Positions 36,974 to 47,189 of a stretch of DNA of 64,000 bases are shown here, piece after piece (within the stretch, counting starts at the first letter, position 1; each line of letters begins with the position of its first letter). The stretch is from positions 512,001 through 576,000 of the forward strand of contig JAWABJ010000001.1 in assembly GCA_038884755.1 (NCBI GenBank), written 5' to 3'. The stretch is from Candidatus Norongarragalinales archaeon. Its GTDB lineage: Archaea > Micrarchaeota > Micrarchaeia > Norongarragalinales > Norongarragalinaceae. Made by a program: the position numbers and the translations under genes. The notes under the pieces were generated by a model. That model made no database searches and was not told the DNA's origin. It was given only the letters and a program-made list of their open reading frames with translations.

Positions 36974-39160
36974 TCAATCCAAAAAGTCTTTCGCAGTAGG
37001 AGCAACTTCAGGCTCGCCCTTGCGCTTGCGAATGCTTGCGATGGTGGAAGCTTGCAACCCAGAAGGCACGGGCTCGTAGCCTGCGTACTCGTAATACCAA
37101 GACGCGCGTCCTTGCGAAGCGCCGCGGATTTCGTTGGCGAACCCGAACATGCTCGAAACCGGAACTTTTGCTTCTATGCTCACGAGTTCGCCTTCCTGCT
37201 TTATTTCTGAAACCTGTCCCCTGCGGGACTGGATTTGCGAGATTATTCCGCTCATGTAATCCGTCGGCGAGGACACGAACAGCTTTTGCTTTGGTTCGAG
37301 AAGGACTGCTTTAGCGTAAAGCATTCCCGCGTAAATCGGGCGCTTGACTGCGGGGATTATTTGCGACGGGCCGCGGTGGGCGGGGTCCACGTGGATTGCC
37401 GCGTCGGTGAGGAGTACTTTCACTCCAGTACATTTTTCCTTCGCCAAAGGCCCCTGGTTCATCGCTTCTTCGAAAGCGTCTATCAAAAGCTCTTTGATGT
37501 CCTGCAAATACTGGACTCCTTTCGTTACGTCGATGAAAATGTTGTCTTCGTGCAAGGCCATCACGTTTTTCGCCTCGTCTCGGGCTAGGCCGGCTTTGAT
37601 CAACCGTTCCACAAGGTCTTTTCCTTTCATCTTGTCGTTGATTTCGCCTTCGTGCATCGCTTTCACGACGCTTTCTTCCAAAGGCTCTACTATGAGCTTG
37701 AACTTGTTGTGCTTGTTCGGGCTTTTGCCTTCTAGCTCGGGCCCTTTGCCCTGGATTGTCTCGTGGTATACGACTATGGGCGGGGAAGTCTGGATTTCCA
37801 CCTTGCGTTCGTTCTGGATTTTGTATTCCACGATTTCCAAATGCAGTTCTCCCATTCCCGAAATCAAGTGTTCGCCCGTCTCCTGGTTGATCTCGACTTT
37901 CAAAGTCGGGTCTTCCTTGCCTATCTTGCGCAACGCTTCAATCAAGCGCACCAAGTCGCGCGGGTTCTTTGCCTCGACGCTCTTCGTTACGACAGGCTCG
38001 GAGTGGTGCTTGATTTGTTCGAACGGCACCATTTCTCCTTCGCTTAGAGTTTCGCCGGCGTACATTTCCTTCAAACCGATGAGCGCGACTATGTTGCCGG
38101 GCGTGGCTTCGTCCACGAGCACGCGGTCTGGACCCATGTAGACTGCGACGCTCTGCACTTTTTCTTTCTTGAATTGCGAGGCAGAGTACAGTTCCGTGCC
38201 TTTCCTGACAGTTCCAGAATACAAACGGCCGACAGCCACGTCGCCAGCATGCTCGTCAACCGCTATTGCAGTAACCATGAACGACACTCTGCCGGTCGGG
38301 TCGCAGTTCAACATGGACTTGCCGTGTTCGGTGTTTTGGTCGCCCTTCCATATTACTGGAATGCGGTAAGCTTGCGCTTTCTTTGGTGAAGGCAATTGGT
38401 TGACTGCCATTTCGAGGATGACTTCGTCCAACGGCGCCTTCTGCTGCAGCCACGCGTGGTCTTCCTTCGCGCAATACTCGTAAATCTGCTGGAAGTTAAT
38501 GCCGAAGTTTTTCATGGTCGTATAAGAAATCGCCCACTTGTTGAAACCCGTGCCGAAAGCCACGTTTCCCTTGTCCACCGCAATCGTCCAGTCTTTCTTG
38601 AACTCTTCAGGCCCGTACATTTCAATGAGCTTGTTGACTGCCGCGATTATTTTCACGAACCGTTCCTGCATCTGCTGGGCGTTCATTTTCAATTCGTTGA
38701 TAAGCCGGTCTATCTTGTTTACGAACAAAACCGGGCGAACTTTCTCCTTCAACGCTTGCCTCAGCACGGTTTCAGTCTGCGGCATCACGCCTTCAACGCT
38801 GTCCACCACGAGCACCACTCCGTCAACCGCACGCATCGCGCGGGTCACGTGCCCTCCGAAGTCAACGTGACCCGGAGTGTCTATCAAGTTAATGAGGTAC
38901 TCGTCTCCTTTGTAGGTGAATCCGAGGGAAATGTTGGCTGCCTTGATGGTGATTCCCCGCGCCTGCTCTTGCGGGTCGTAGTCTAACACGCGCTGCTCTC
39001 CGGCAAGCTCTTTCGAAATCAAACCCGCCCTCGCCACCAGAGAGTCGGACAGCGTGGTCTTGCCGTGGTCTACGTGCGCAACTATGCCCATGTTGCGAAT
39101 GCGCTCTGGGTTTTTCATGAGGCGCACTACGTCTTCGACAACGACTTCTTTTCTTGCCAT
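36974..39160 (-). CDS. fusA: Elongation factor 2
   Basis: AHVDHGKTT, RGITI, DTPGHVDF, NKID, diphthamide loop HVDPAHRG. Confidence 0.98.
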   Translation of the reverse strand: MARKEVVVEDVVRLMKNPERIRNMGIVAHVDHGKTTLSDSLVARAGLISKELAGEQRVLDYDPQEQARGITIKAANISLGFTYKGDEYLINLIDTPGHVDFGGHVTRAMRAVDGVVLVVDSVEGVMPQTETVLRQALKEKVRPVLFVNKIDRLINELKMNAQQMQERFVKIIAAVNKLIEMYGPEEFKKDWTIAVDKGNVAFGTGFNKWAISYTTMKNFGINFQQIYEYCAKEDHAWLQQKAPLDEVILEMAVNQLPSPKKAQAYRIPVIWKGDQNTEHGKSMLNCDPTGRVSFMVTAIAVDEHAGDVAVGRLYSGTVRKGTELYSASQFKKEKVQSVAVYMGPDRVLVDEATPGNIVALIGLKEMYAGETLSEGEMVPFEQIKHHSEPVVTKSVEAKNPRDLVRLIEALRKIGKEDPTLKVEINQETGEHLISGMGELHLEIVEYKIQNERKVEIQTSPPIVVYHETIQGKGPELEGKSPNKHNKFKLIVEPLEESVVKAMHEGEINDKMKGKDLVERLIKAGLARDEAKNVMALHEDNIFIDVTKGVQYLQDIKELLIDAFEEAMNQGPLAKEKCTGVKVLLTDAAIHVDPAHRGPSQIIPAVKRPIYAGMLYAKAVLLEPKQKLFVSSPTDYMSGIISQIQSRRGQVSEIKQEGELVSIEAKVPVSSMFGFANEIRGASQGRASWYYEYAGYEPVPSGLQASTIASIRKRKGEPEVAPTAKDFLD

Positions 39161-39205
39161 AAGTCAATCAAATCCTTTAGCGGCACAAATATTGAGAAGG
39201 CGGAT

Positions 39206-39811
39206 TTACCTCGCGCTTCTCGCTACGCGCTCCATTTCGTTCTTTCTTTTCACGGAATACGAATTGGCGTCGTTTTGCGAAGCGAGAATCAATTCGTTTG
39301 CCAGCGCGTCGGCCATGGTGGTCTTGTTGTTGAACGCGCTCATTATGGTTGCGAGCGCGAGGTTCCTCAACGCCAGGTCGAGCCTCCGTTGTGGGGAGAG
39401 GTCGACTGCAATCTGGTATGAAACCCCTCCGAAGCGCACGCGCGTCACTTCTTCGCGGGGAGCCGAATGCTCTACGGCATCAACCAACGCTTGAATGGGA
39501 TTTTTCTTCGTCCTTAATTCCACGGCTGCGAAAGCCGTCTCCACGAACTTCAAAACAGTTGTTTTCTTTCCTTGCAGTTTGCCGTGCGTGCGGATTATCC
39601 TTCCGCCGAGCTTTTCGCCTGTGCCGCCGCGCATGAGCTTGTTCACCAACCGCTCTACCAGGTTGACCTGAGCTTTCGCGAACTGCTTGTTTGCGTGGCG
39701 CGCGAAACTGTGCGGGACGACCATGGGCTTGAGCGAAATGTACTTCGCCAGGCCGGGGTCGTGAACCGCAACGCCTTCGTAATCGTATTTCCCAAAAAGC
39801 TTTTGCTGCAT
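39206..39811 (-). CDS. rpsG: 30S ribosomal protein uS7
   Basis: VERLVNKLM, APREE, RRLDLALR, ERVARSAR. Confidence 0.97.
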   Translation of the reverse strand: MQQKLFGKYDYEGVAVHDPGLAKYISLKPMVVPHSFARHANKQFAKAQVNLVERLVNKLMRGGTGEKLGGRIIRTHGKLQGKKTTVLKFVETAFAAVELRTKKNPIQALVDAVEHSAPREEVTRVRFGGVSYQIAVDLSPQRRLDLALRNLALATIMSAFNNKTTMADALANELILASQNDANSYSVKRKNEMERVARSAR

Positions 39812-39828
39812 AAGTCCATCACACACCC

Positions 39829-40257
39829 TTATCTCTTAGGCTTCTCCTTCTTTCCGGTGCGCAATTCGCTTAGCGCAACGCCGTTCACCGCGACGACGCG
39901 GTAGCGGACTCCCGGAATAGAGCCCATCTGCCCGCGTTGCGAGCCTCCGAGCCCCTCTATCGTCACTTCATCGTGCTCGTCTATGAACGTTATCGCCTTG
40001 TCGCGCGGAGCGTGCGCGGAAACCTTCTTGCCGTTCTTGGTCAACTGCACTTTCACGCACTTGATGATTCCAGAGTGCGGCTGTTTTTGCTCTTTCCCTT
40101 CCTTCTTCAGCACTATGCCCGTCGCCTGCGGCGCGCCTTCAAGAGGGTCGTACTTGAACTTCAGCCCCAAAGCTTTCCTCTTCCAGGTTTTCTTGAGCCA
40201 ACGGTGTTTTTTCCTCTTTCTTTCCAAAATCCTTCCAGCGAATTCTCCCCTTGCCAT
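39829..40257 (-). CDS. rpsL: 30S ribosomal protein uS12
   Basis: [29 protein letters not shown]. Confidence 0.97.
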   Translation of the reverse strand: MARGEFAGRILERKRKKHRWLKKTWKRKALGLKFKYDPLEGAPQATGIVLKKEGKEQKQPHSGIIKCVKVQLTKNGKKVSAHAPRDKAITFIDEHDEVTIEGLGGSQRGQMGSIPGVRYRVVAVNGVALSELRTGKKEKPKR

Positions 40258-40289
40258 AAACATATCACCATGCTGCATGAACGCAAAAA

Positions 40290-40700
40290 TCACGTTACTT
40301 TCAATTCAACTACTCCGAAATGCCTTTTCGCCAATTCCCTCGCGCGGTTGATTCTGCTTCCACCCCTTCCTATCGCCAGCCCCTTGTTCTGCGCTTCAAC
40401 GCGCAGCAGCACGCTCTGCCCCGCGTTGTTCACCTGCACGTGCTCGAGCTTCGCGGGCTTGAAGAGGTTTCTCAAAAAACCTTCGAGGTTGTCGGCGAAT
40501 TCTACCAGCTCTACTCTCCTTCCCATCGCCCTTTCGAGGCGCGCGAGGGTCGAACCGTTTTTTCCAATCGCCTTTCCCAAATCACCGCTTTTTACTACAA
40601 ACACGACCGAATCTTCGTTCAACAGCGCGTCGAACGCCTGCACCGAACTCAGCTGTTCGAACAACGAAATCAGCTGTAGTTGTTCGCTTGAAATCTTCAC
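40290..40700 (-). CDS. nusA: Archaeal NusA (KH domains)
   Basis: GKAIGKNG and [10 protein letters not shown] loops; synteny; GTG start 40700. Confidence 0.92.
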   Translation of the reverse strand: MKISSEQLQLISLFEQLSSVQAFDALLNEDSVVFVVKSGDLGKAIGKNGSTLARLERAMGRRVELVEFADNLEGFLRNLFKPAKLEHVQVNNAGQSVLLRVEAQNKGLAIGRGGSRINRARELAKRHFGVVELKVT

Positions 40701-40713
40701 GTTGCACCCTCGC

Positions 40714-41010
40714 TCATTTTCCGGGATTGAACTTGAGAATGTCCGAATTCCCCTCTTCAATCACGCTCAAGGCGCTTACGGAAAAAGGCTTTCCGCAAAC
40801 CGCGCCCAACTCTACGCCGTTCCCTTCGAAATCAACGACGGCCACTTTCGAGGCTCTGGCATACTGCCTTATTTCCCCTGCAGCAGGGCAGTTTTTGGCC
40901 AAAACGATTGCTTTCGCCCCTCCGGTGAGGGAAAGCTTCAACGCTTTTTGCAAGCCAATTTCCACTTTTCCCGAATCAACCGCAAGGCGGATTGACTGTC
41001 CAACGTCCAT
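40714..41010 (-). CDS. rpl30e: 50S ribosomal protein eL30
   Basis: AVDSGKV, AKNCP, ELGAVCGKPF. Confidence 0.95.
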   Translation of the reverse strand: MDVGQSIRLAVDSGKVEIGLQKALKLSLTGGAKAIVLAKNCPAAGEIRQYARASKVAVVDFEGNGVELGAVCGKPFSVSALSVIEEGNSDILKFNPGK

Positions 41011-41164
41011 TCTGTAAAACCCTTTTTTTCTTCTTTTGACTAGCTATTAAAACCGGCTAATTCGTCAAAGCGACTAAGCGGTTCTCAATCCTTTGCAGGA
41101 TTACTCCCCGTATAAAAACGAGTTTTGCTGAGAATAATAAAATGCCGGGCGTTGTTTAAAAACC

Positions 41165-42604
41165 TTACATTCTTACTATGGTTTTCAACTGCGGGTACAA
41201 GTCGAACAATTGTTGTTTAGCCAAGTCTTCGTAAAAGCGGTAGAGAATTCCCACGGTAAGCAATATGCCCGTTCCAGTTCCCAACGCGCCCGTAATGTCG
41301 GCAAACCACGCCAAAACCCCGACGAACAAACTGCCTAACACGGTTATGATTGGAATGTACCTTTCAAGGATTTTTTCGGTGATGCGAGGGTCTTGCCTGA
41401 AACCGGGAATCTGGAGTCCAGCGCGCTGCAACTGCGCCGCCACGTTGGTCGCGCTCATTCCCGTGCTTTCAATCCAGAACCACCCGAACACTACGCACAA
41501 AAGCACGAGCGCGATGCCGTAAGCAAAAATGTGCATGATTTCCCGCGGTTGTGCTAAGAACTGTAGGTACGCGGGATAACCGCCTGGGAAAAGCAAAGGC
41601 GAAGGCAACGCGGTTATGAAGTACGCGAAGCCGTCTACAGGCTGGTTGTTCTGGAACGTTCCAAGCGGGCCTACTTTGATTCCGGGGGAATCCGCAATGG
41701 GCGTGGCAGTAAACGCGCCTATCAACTGGAAATTAAGTAAAATAGCGCTTGCCAGGATGACGGGAATATTGGAAACGTACATGAATTTTATGGGGTATTT
41801 TGCCCCCAAGCCGCGAGCACGGCCGTAAGCCAAAGGCAATTCTATTTTCATTCCCTCAACGTACACTACCACCACGAAAACCAAGGCAGTAAATAATATG
41901 GGAATCAACGCCCAGAACGAACTCAAAACCTCGCCTTTGAACAGGTAGTAAACCGCTTGCGGAATCAAGCCTCCAGGAATTCCGGTCGCGTCCGACGTGA
42001 AGTTGAACGCGCCGAGGAAAACCGCTTGCGAAACTCCCGCAGCTATGAACAGCGATATTCCCGAGCCTATCCCGAACTTTTGCACGACTTCGTCTAGATA
42101 GAGGAGTATGATGGAGCCTACGGCCAACTGCAGTATCACTATTATTTGCGTCAGGAACAGGCTTCCCAACAGCGCGGGAAATTGCGATGCAGACGAGCCT
42201 ACGGGAGTGATGTAATTGGATAAAACGTATATTGCGGCTTCGAAAAACGCCAGGAGTATCGCGAGGAGCTTTTGCACGCCTTGAAAGCGCTTCTTTCCTT
42301 CAGTAGAGTTCAAGTCGAACGAAAGCAGTTTCGAGCCTACGGCCAACTGCAGGAATATCGACGCCAAAACTATGGGTCCTATTCCGGTGGTGATGAGCGA
42401 GCCGGTCCTGCTTCCCAAAAGAATGTCCAAGCGCTCGAACTGCTGTATGCGTGTCGGGTCTACGCCGATGGGGTATATCGTTCCCATTACGTAGAACAAA
42501 ACGAGGACTACGCCGGTCCACAACAGTTTTTGCTTGAGTGAAAGCGGGCCTTCCGGCGGCTTCACTTCAGGAAGCACGGAAATTATCGAATCCAAAACGC
42601 CCAT
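41165..42604 (-). CDS. secY: Preprotein translocase SecY
   Basis: GIGPIV, GIGSGISLFIA, YVSNIPVI, IPGFR, GTGILLTV. Confidence 0.97.
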   Translation of the reverse strand: MGVLDSIISVLPEVKPPEGPLSLKQKLLWTGVVLVLFYVMGTIYPIGVDPTRIQQFERLDILLGSRTGSLITTGIGPIVLASIFLQLAVGSKLLSFDLNSTEGKKRFQGVQKLLAILLAFFEAAIYVLSNYITPVGSSASQFPALLGSLFLTQIIVILQLAVGSIILLYLDEVVQKFGIGSGISLFIAAGVSQAVFLGAFNFTSDATGIPGGLIPQAVYYLFKGEVLSSFWALIPILFTALVFVVVVYVEGMKIELPLAYGRARGLGAKYPIKFMYVSNIPVILASAILLNFQLIGAFTATPIADSPGIKVGPLGTFQNNQPVDGFAYFITALPSPLLFPGGYPAYLQFLAQPREIMHIFAYGIALVLLCVVFGWFWIESTGMSATNVAAQLQRAGLQIPGFRQDPRITEKILERYIPIITVLGSLFVGVLAWFADITGALGTGTGILLTVGILYRFYEDLAKQQLFDLYPQLKTIVRM

Positions 42605-42691
42605 TTTCCTCACAAGAGTTTTTTGCCGTATTTTTCAAGCAAGAATTCAGGGAAAGAATATTAACCTTGTTTTTCGCTCGGCGTATTGGAA

Positions 42692-43117
42692 TTATTGCAG
42701 GACCGTGACCTTGCCGCCGGCAGCCTCGATTTTCTCTTTGGCTTTGGCGGAAAAAGCTTTCGCCTTGACGTCGAGCTTGTGCGCAAGCTTGCCGTTTGAA
42801 AGGATTTTCGCGCGCGGGAGCTCGAGGGGGTAAAACCCGTCGGCTTCCTTAATCTCGCCTTTAGCTATTTTCTGGGAAATCTGTTCGAGCGTGACTTCCT
42901 GCATAGCGCCTTGCGAATGGAAAAATCCTTGCTCTCCGCGCTCGCTCTTGTTCTTCTCGCCTTGCTTTATGGTTCGCAGCCAGTTGTGCTTGTGGAACCC
43001 TGCTCTTCCTACCCCGCCGCGGTTGCCCTTGCCCCTGCGGTTTTTGGCGTTGCCGCCGCCGAAACTGCGGTTGCCTGCGTACTTTCTTTTCTTCGCGCTT
43101 TTAACCCGTCTAGCCAT
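42692..43117 (-). CDS. rplO: 50S ribosomal protein uL15
   Basis: RGKGNRGGVGRAG, FSAKAKEKIEAAGG. Confidence 0.95.
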   Translation of the reverse strand: MARRVKSAKKRKYAGNRSFGGGNAKNRRGKGNRGGVGRAGFHKHNWLRTIKQGEKNKSERGEQGFFHSQGAMQEVTLEQISQKIAKGEIKEADGFYPLELPRAKILSNGKLAHKLDVKAKAFSAKAKEKIEAAGGKVTVLQ

Positions 43118-43126
43118 AAAATCAAC

Positions 43127-43462
43127 TTAGTGAAGCATTTTTTTGATTAGTTCGTTTATTTTTTCTCCCCTTGCGCCCAAATCCCCTCGGGGATAGTGGT
43201 TTCTAGTGTCTTTCCAGCCGCCAACGGGGTTGTTGAGCCTGTAGACCGCGCTTTTCGAATCCCTTTTTTTCAAAGCTTCGACAGTTTCCTTGGAAGCTTC
43301 CCCCCAGGTTGCGTAATCCCTTATTTGCTGGAGCATCTTCGGGTCTGGTTTTTCCACGAGCACGCAGTGGTTCTTGCGCGTCAAGTGCATTTGGTCGAGC
43401 GCGTAGCGTATGCGGTGGGTTACGCCGTGCACTCCCCTTACTCTCACGATTGCTATGACCAT
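43127..43462 (-). CDS. rpmD: 50S ribosomal protein uL30
   Basis: AIVRVRG, YATWGE, RLNNPVGG. Confidence 0.92.
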   Translation of the reverse strand: MVIAIVRVRGVHGVTHRIRYALDQMHLTRKNHCVLVEKPDPKMLQQIRDYATWGEASKETVEALKKRDSKSAVYRLNNPVGGWKDTRNHYPRGDLGARGEKINELIKKMLH

Positions 43463-43464
43463 GT

Positions 43465-44079
43465 TCAAGCACCCTTAGCCTGCGTTCCCTTCTTGAGCTT
43501 GTTGAGCGAGTTCAGCGCGCCGATCGTCGCGAGGACGGTGTTGAGGATGTTGCGCGTCCTTCCCTTGGAGAAAGTCCAGCAGTCCTTTATTCCAGCCATT
43601 TCCAAAACCTTGCGCGAATTCTCGCCTGCAACTATCCCCACGCCTCTCGGCGCGGGTTTTATCGTTATTTCGGTAGAACCGTTGAACCCGTGCACGGTAA
43701 GCGGAATCGAGTGTTCCGAACCGCAGCCGCACTCCCAGCTTCCGCAGCCAAGCGGAATTTTTATCAAGTTCATTTTCGCGTCGCGTATTGCCTTTGCAAT
43801 CGCATCGCGCGTTTCCGCGCCCTTGCCGACGCCTATGCCTATGAAGCCCCTGCGGTTTCCGAGGATTACGACGGCGCGCATTTGCTGTTTCCTGCCGTAG
43901 GCGGTCATCCTCTGCGTGCTCGTGATTTGCAGAACTTCGTCCGACAGGTCTGGAACGAGAATGTCGATTATTTGCGGTTCCAGCACCTTCAGGTTATTCT
44001 CGAAAATCTGGTCGAACGAGGTTATTTCCCCGGCCAAGACTTTCTTTCCAAGAGTCGTTTTCGCAATCCAGTCAACCAT
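43465..44079 (-). CDS. rpsE: 30S ribosomal protein uS5
   Basis: GCGSWECGC, PAPRGVG. Confidence 0.96.
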   Translation of the reverse strand: MVDWIAKTTLGKKVLAGEITSFDQIFENNLKVLEPQIIDILVPDLSDEVLQITSTQRMTAYGRKQQMRAVVILGNRRGFIGIGVGKGAETRDAIAKAIRDAKMNLIKIPLGCGSWECGCGSEHSIPLTVHGFNGSTEITIKPAPRGVGIVAGENSRKVLEMAGIKDCWTFSKGRTRNILNTVLATIGALNSLNKLKKGTQAKGA

Positions 44080-44097
44080 TTTGATTCACGCACCCTT

Positions 44098-44604
44098 TCA
44101 AGCTTTAACCCCAGCCAGTATTTTTTGTTTCGCCTGCGCGAACTGCGCGTCAGAACCCAAGTGTTTTCCGCTCAAGCGCTCTTCCGAAGGCATTTTTTCC
44201 TGCCCGAAGTTCGCCTTGAGCCCAGCGTCAACCGCGCCTTTGAGGACCGCAAAGACGACCGAACCTTTAGTGGGGGAATGCAATCCCACGTCGAGCACTA
44301 TTTCTCCCACGCCCTTCGCTTTTGCCTTGACTCCGCACAACAATCCCGTCAAGTAAGCGGAAGGGGTGTTTGCTTTTCCGTTGAACCCGAAAGCGTTCAA
44401 CGCTTTGGAAGTGACGCTCGCGAGCGTGGAGTCGCCTTTCTCCCCCCAGGAGGTTATTTGCGCGATGATAAAGCGGTTTGTTTTTCTGACCACAAGCCGG
44501 GGCTTTCCGCTTTTCACGAAAGCGAGGCGCTTTGCGTAGTCGGTCTTTCCCTCGCGCCTTCTCTTGAAATGCACGGAATACAAAGGTCCGGTTGCTCTAG
44601 CCAT
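44098..44604 (-). CDS. rplR: 50S ribosomal protein uL18
   Basis: RRREGKTDY, RLVVRKTN, AYLTG; start ATG 44604. Confidence 0.96.
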   Translation of the reverse strand: MARATGPLYSVHFKRRREGKTDYAKRLAFVKSGKPRLVVRKTNRFIIAQITSWGEKGDSTLASVTSKALNAFGFNGKANTPSAYLTGLLCGVKAKAKGVGEIVLDVGLHSPTKGSVVFAVLKGAVDAGLKANFGQEKMPSEERLSGKHLGSDAQFAQAKQKILAGVKA

Positions 44605-44650
44605 TTTCAAACACTCTTCCAGTCTTTCTTCATTTTGGTTTTTTCGTACT

Positions 44651-44686
44651 GAATTTTCTTTTTTCCAAAAAAAAAAAAGAAAATTC
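44651..44686. repeat. T-rich/A-rich palindrome (intergenic copy)
   Basis: GAATTTTCTTTTTT-CC-AAAAAAAAAAAAGAAAATTC. Confidence 0.7.
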
Positions 44687-44687
44687 T

Positions 44688-45122
44688 TCACTTGAGCAGC
44701 TTGTTTTCCCTAGCGTAGGAAAGCAGTTGCTTTTTCGTCTTGAACAAATTGCCTTTTATCATTGAATACAATTTCCTGTAAGCGCCTTGCGCCAGGCCAC
44801 TCTTCATGCTTTTCAAAACCTTTCTTTGCGAGCGGACTTTCTCCACCCACCGTTCTTTCCTGCTTTTGCCGGCGAAAGACGCGCCTTTCCTGCTTCCAGG
44901 CCCGCGCCTTCTTCCCGAGTGCACGCGCGATTGCTTGAACCTGGCCTTGTTTCGCCCTACGCCTTTCTTCTGTTCTATCACGACGGCGCCTTCCTTGATT
45001 AGCGAGCGCGCGTCGTCGCGGGTCAAGGCTTCCTTGGCCCTGGCCGCGTCGATTATCTTCACTCTCGACTCGCCTGCGTTGGCGATGCTTGCAACCAGCC
45101 TTCGAACGGTCTTCAAACCCAT
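44688..45122 (-). CDS. rpl19e: 50S ribosomal protein eL19
   Basis: GESRV, GRRRGPGSRKG, YRKLYSMIKG. Confidence 0.95.
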   Translation of the reverse strand: MGLKTVRRLVASIANAGESRVKIIDAARAKEALTRDDARSLIKEGAVVIEQKKGVGRNKARFKQSRVHSGRRRGPGSRKGASFAGKSRKERWVEKVRSQRKVLKSMKSGLAQGAYRKLYSMIKGNLFKTKKQLLSYARENKLLK

Positions 45123-45139
45123 TTTGCAAAAACCTTTTT

Positions 45140-45499
45140 TCACTCGTTCAGAATTCTCAGCTTGAGCTTTTTCGCTTCGGCAACCAAAACTGCTTTTTTC
45201 TTTCTTCCCAGGGTTGCGGAAAAACGCACTGCAACGCCGCTCAGCCCCGCCAAGTCGCGCATCGAGCGCACGAGAATTTCCTTCAGCCCGTTCGGGTGCA
45301 GTCCCCTTTCGCTCTTGGCAGTCCTGAACCCGATTTTGGGGAGAAACCCGTAACCGCCTTTCTTGATACGGAGTTTGTTGTCAATGCCTCGCGGTTTTCT
45401 CCACGCTTCCCCGACGCGCTTTTTCTGCGCGCGGTTTTGCCTGGCGAACTTAGGCAGTTTTCTTGCAACCTGTTTTTTCACTTGAGAATTTTCAGCCAT
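45140..45499 (-). CDS. rpl32e: 50S ribosomal protein eL32
   Basis: WRKPRGIDNK, RGLHPNG. Confidence 0.95.
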   Translation of the reverse strand: MAENSQVKKQVARKLPKFARQNRAQKKRVGEAWRKPRGIDNKLRIKKGGYGFLPKIGFRTAKSERGLHPNGLKEILVRSMRDLAGLSGVAVRFSATLGRKKKAVLVAEAKKLKLRILNE

Positions 45500-45513
45500 T
45501 CAAACCAACTTTT

Positions 45514-46020
45514 TCAAGAGTAGTAAATCCCGTCTTGGAACACGCGCGCGTCGCGCTTGGTGATGCGCGTCGCCTTGCGGATGTTCGACGCGGTTTGCCC
45601 GACGGCTTCGATGTCGGAACTCGAAACGATTATGTCCTGGCCTTTCACTTCCACTTTCGCGTCCCCGATTACTTTCGCCTTCCTGGGCGTCTTTTCGCCA
45701 AGAAAGTTTTTGATGAAAATGTCCTTTCCCTTCACTTCCACGGTCACGGGAAAGTGCGAGTACACCACCTGCATTTTCTTTTCGAACTTTTCCGAAACGC
45801 CGGCAAACAGGTTTTTCAAGTGCGCTTCCACGGTCTTGACCGCAGCGTGGGACTTGCGCGTTTGCTTCGCCTTCAGCGCGATTACGACTTCCCCGTTCTC
45901 CACTTTCGCGCTGACTACGCGCGAGTCGAAAGGCTTTTCCAGAGAACCCTGCTTTCCTTTGACCACAAGCTTTCCTTCAGCAATTTCCACGGTCACTCCT
46001 TCAGGAATTTTCACGCCCAT
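45514..46020 (-). CDS. rplF: 50S ribosomal protein uL6
   Basis: YSHFP, NFLGEK, RVFQDGIY. Confidence 0.96.
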   Translation of the reverse strand: MGVKIPEGVTVEIAEGKLVVKGKQGSLEKPFDSRVVSAKVENGEVVIALKAKQTRKSHAAVKTVEAHLKNLFAGVSEKFEKKMQVVYSHFPVTVEVKGKDIFIKNFLGEKTPRKAKVIGDAKVEVKGQDIIVSSSDIEAVGQTASNIRKATRITKRDARVFQDGIYYS

Positions 46021-46036
46021 TCAAACCACGCACATG

Positions 46037-46432
46037 CTAATACACGAAGCACAACAGCCTTCCGCCCAGGTTCTTTTCCTGCGCGTCCTTGTGACCCATT
46101 ATCCCTTGCGGGGTGGAAACCACGAGAATCCCCACTCCCTTGGCTGGCAAAAACCTGGTTTCGAACTTTTCCCAAGTTTTTTTCGACACGGAAAAGCGCG
46201 GCTTTACCGCGCCCGCGTCGTTGAGCTTTCCGGCTAGGGTAACGACGAACTCGCCGCTCTTGCCGTCGTCGACGAACTTGAACTCGCCCACGTAGCCTTC
46301 CTTCTGCAAAAGCAGGAGAACTTCGCGGATGACTTTCGAGGCGGGCCTTATTTTCGCCTGCGTTCTGCCCTTGAGTTCGGCCACTTTCATGCAGTTCAAA
46401 GCGTTTGCGAGAGTATCCATTTTTTCAACCAT
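46037..46432 (-). CDS. rpsH: 30S ribosomal protein uS8
   Basis: DTLANAL, FLPAKGVG, STPQGIM, GGRLL. Confidence 0.96.
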   Translation of the reverse strand: MVEKMDTLANALNCMKVAELKGRTQAKIRPASKVIREVLLLLQKEGYVGEFKFVDDGKSGEFVVTLAGKLNDAGAVKPRFSVSKKTWEKFETRFLPAKGVGILVVSTPQGIMGHKDAQEKNLGGRLLCFVY

Positions 46433-46450
46433 TTTTTGTTTTTTACTTTT

Positions 46451-46480
46451 TGATTTTTCTTTTTTCCAAAAAAAAAATCA
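46451..46480. repeat. T-rich/A-rich palindrome (intergenic copy)
   Basis: TGATTTTTCTTTTTT-CC-AAAAAAAAAATCA; same core as 44651. Confidence 0.65.
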
Positions 46481-46636
46481 TCCGTATTTCTTGAACCCGA
46501 GTTCCACGGCGTTCTCGCGGAAGCACTTCCGGCAGACGTACAAGCCGTACTTTTGAACCAAGCCGCGCACGTTCCCGCAAATCTTGCACTTGCGCAGGCC
46601 CCTGTGCTTGTACTTCGTGTCGAATTTTCCAGCCAT
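46478..46636 (-). CDS. rpsN: 30S ribosomal protein uS14 (not in ORF track)
   Basis: My translation: [52 protein letters not shown]. Confidence 0.95.
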   Translation of the reverse strand: MAGKFDTKYKHRGLRKCKICGNVRGLVQKYGLYVCRKCFRENAVELGFKKYG

Positions 46637-46662
46637 TTCAAAACCTTCTCCCATTCAAAAAA

Positions 46663-47169
46663 TCAAGATGCGATTTTCACTCCGTAAGCGCTTTCGAAAA
46701 AAACCCTGGCTTCGTCGGCCGAAACGCGTTGCTTGCGCGGCAGCTTTTTCTTGGCGATTCGTCTGTGCGAAATCCTCGTGCCTTTCTTGCGGAGGGAAAC
46801 GCAAACGTCGAACCCCATCATGCCAATTTTTGGGTCGTACTTCAAGCCCGGAAAGTCTATGTACTCCTTTATTCCGAAAGAAACGTTGCCGTTGTCGTCG
46901 AAGCTCCTGCGGGAAACCGTTTTTTCCACCGACTGCAGCGCGCGGACAAGCACTTCCTCGGCCTTTTTCCCTCTCAGGGTTATTTTGGTTCCTATCGGGT
47001 CTCCTTGTCTTACGTGGAACGCGGGATTGCGCGTCTTGGCGAGCGTCTGCACGGGATTCATGCCGGAAACGTTTTTCAAAAGCGTTTTCGCCGCTTCCAA
47101 AGCCTGCCCTCCTTCGCCCACGCCGATGTTGAGCGTCACTTTCTCCAAAAAAACCTTGTTCAAAACCAT
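46663..47169 (-). CDS. rplE: 50S ribosomal protein uL5
   Basis: KVTLNIGVGE, GNVSFGIKEYIDFPG; start ATG 47169. Confidence 0.96.
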   Translation of the reverse strand: MVLNKVFLEKVTLNIGVGEGGQALEAAKTLLKNVSGMNPVQTLAKTRNPAFHVRQGDPIGTKITLRGKKAEEVLVRALQSVEKTVSRRSFDDNGNVSFGIKEYIDFPGLKYDPKIGMMGFDVCVSLRKKGTRISHRRIAKKKLPRKQRVSADEARVFFESAYGVKIAS

Positions 47170-47189
47170 TGGAACCACGAGTGCGAAAA

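Noticed and set aside
36974..39160. Inteins in EF-2, Cdc6 or the integrase fusion
   Set aside because: No C/S...HN-C/S/T splice motifs or LAGLIDADG blocks seen; EF-2 and Cdc6 have normal lengths
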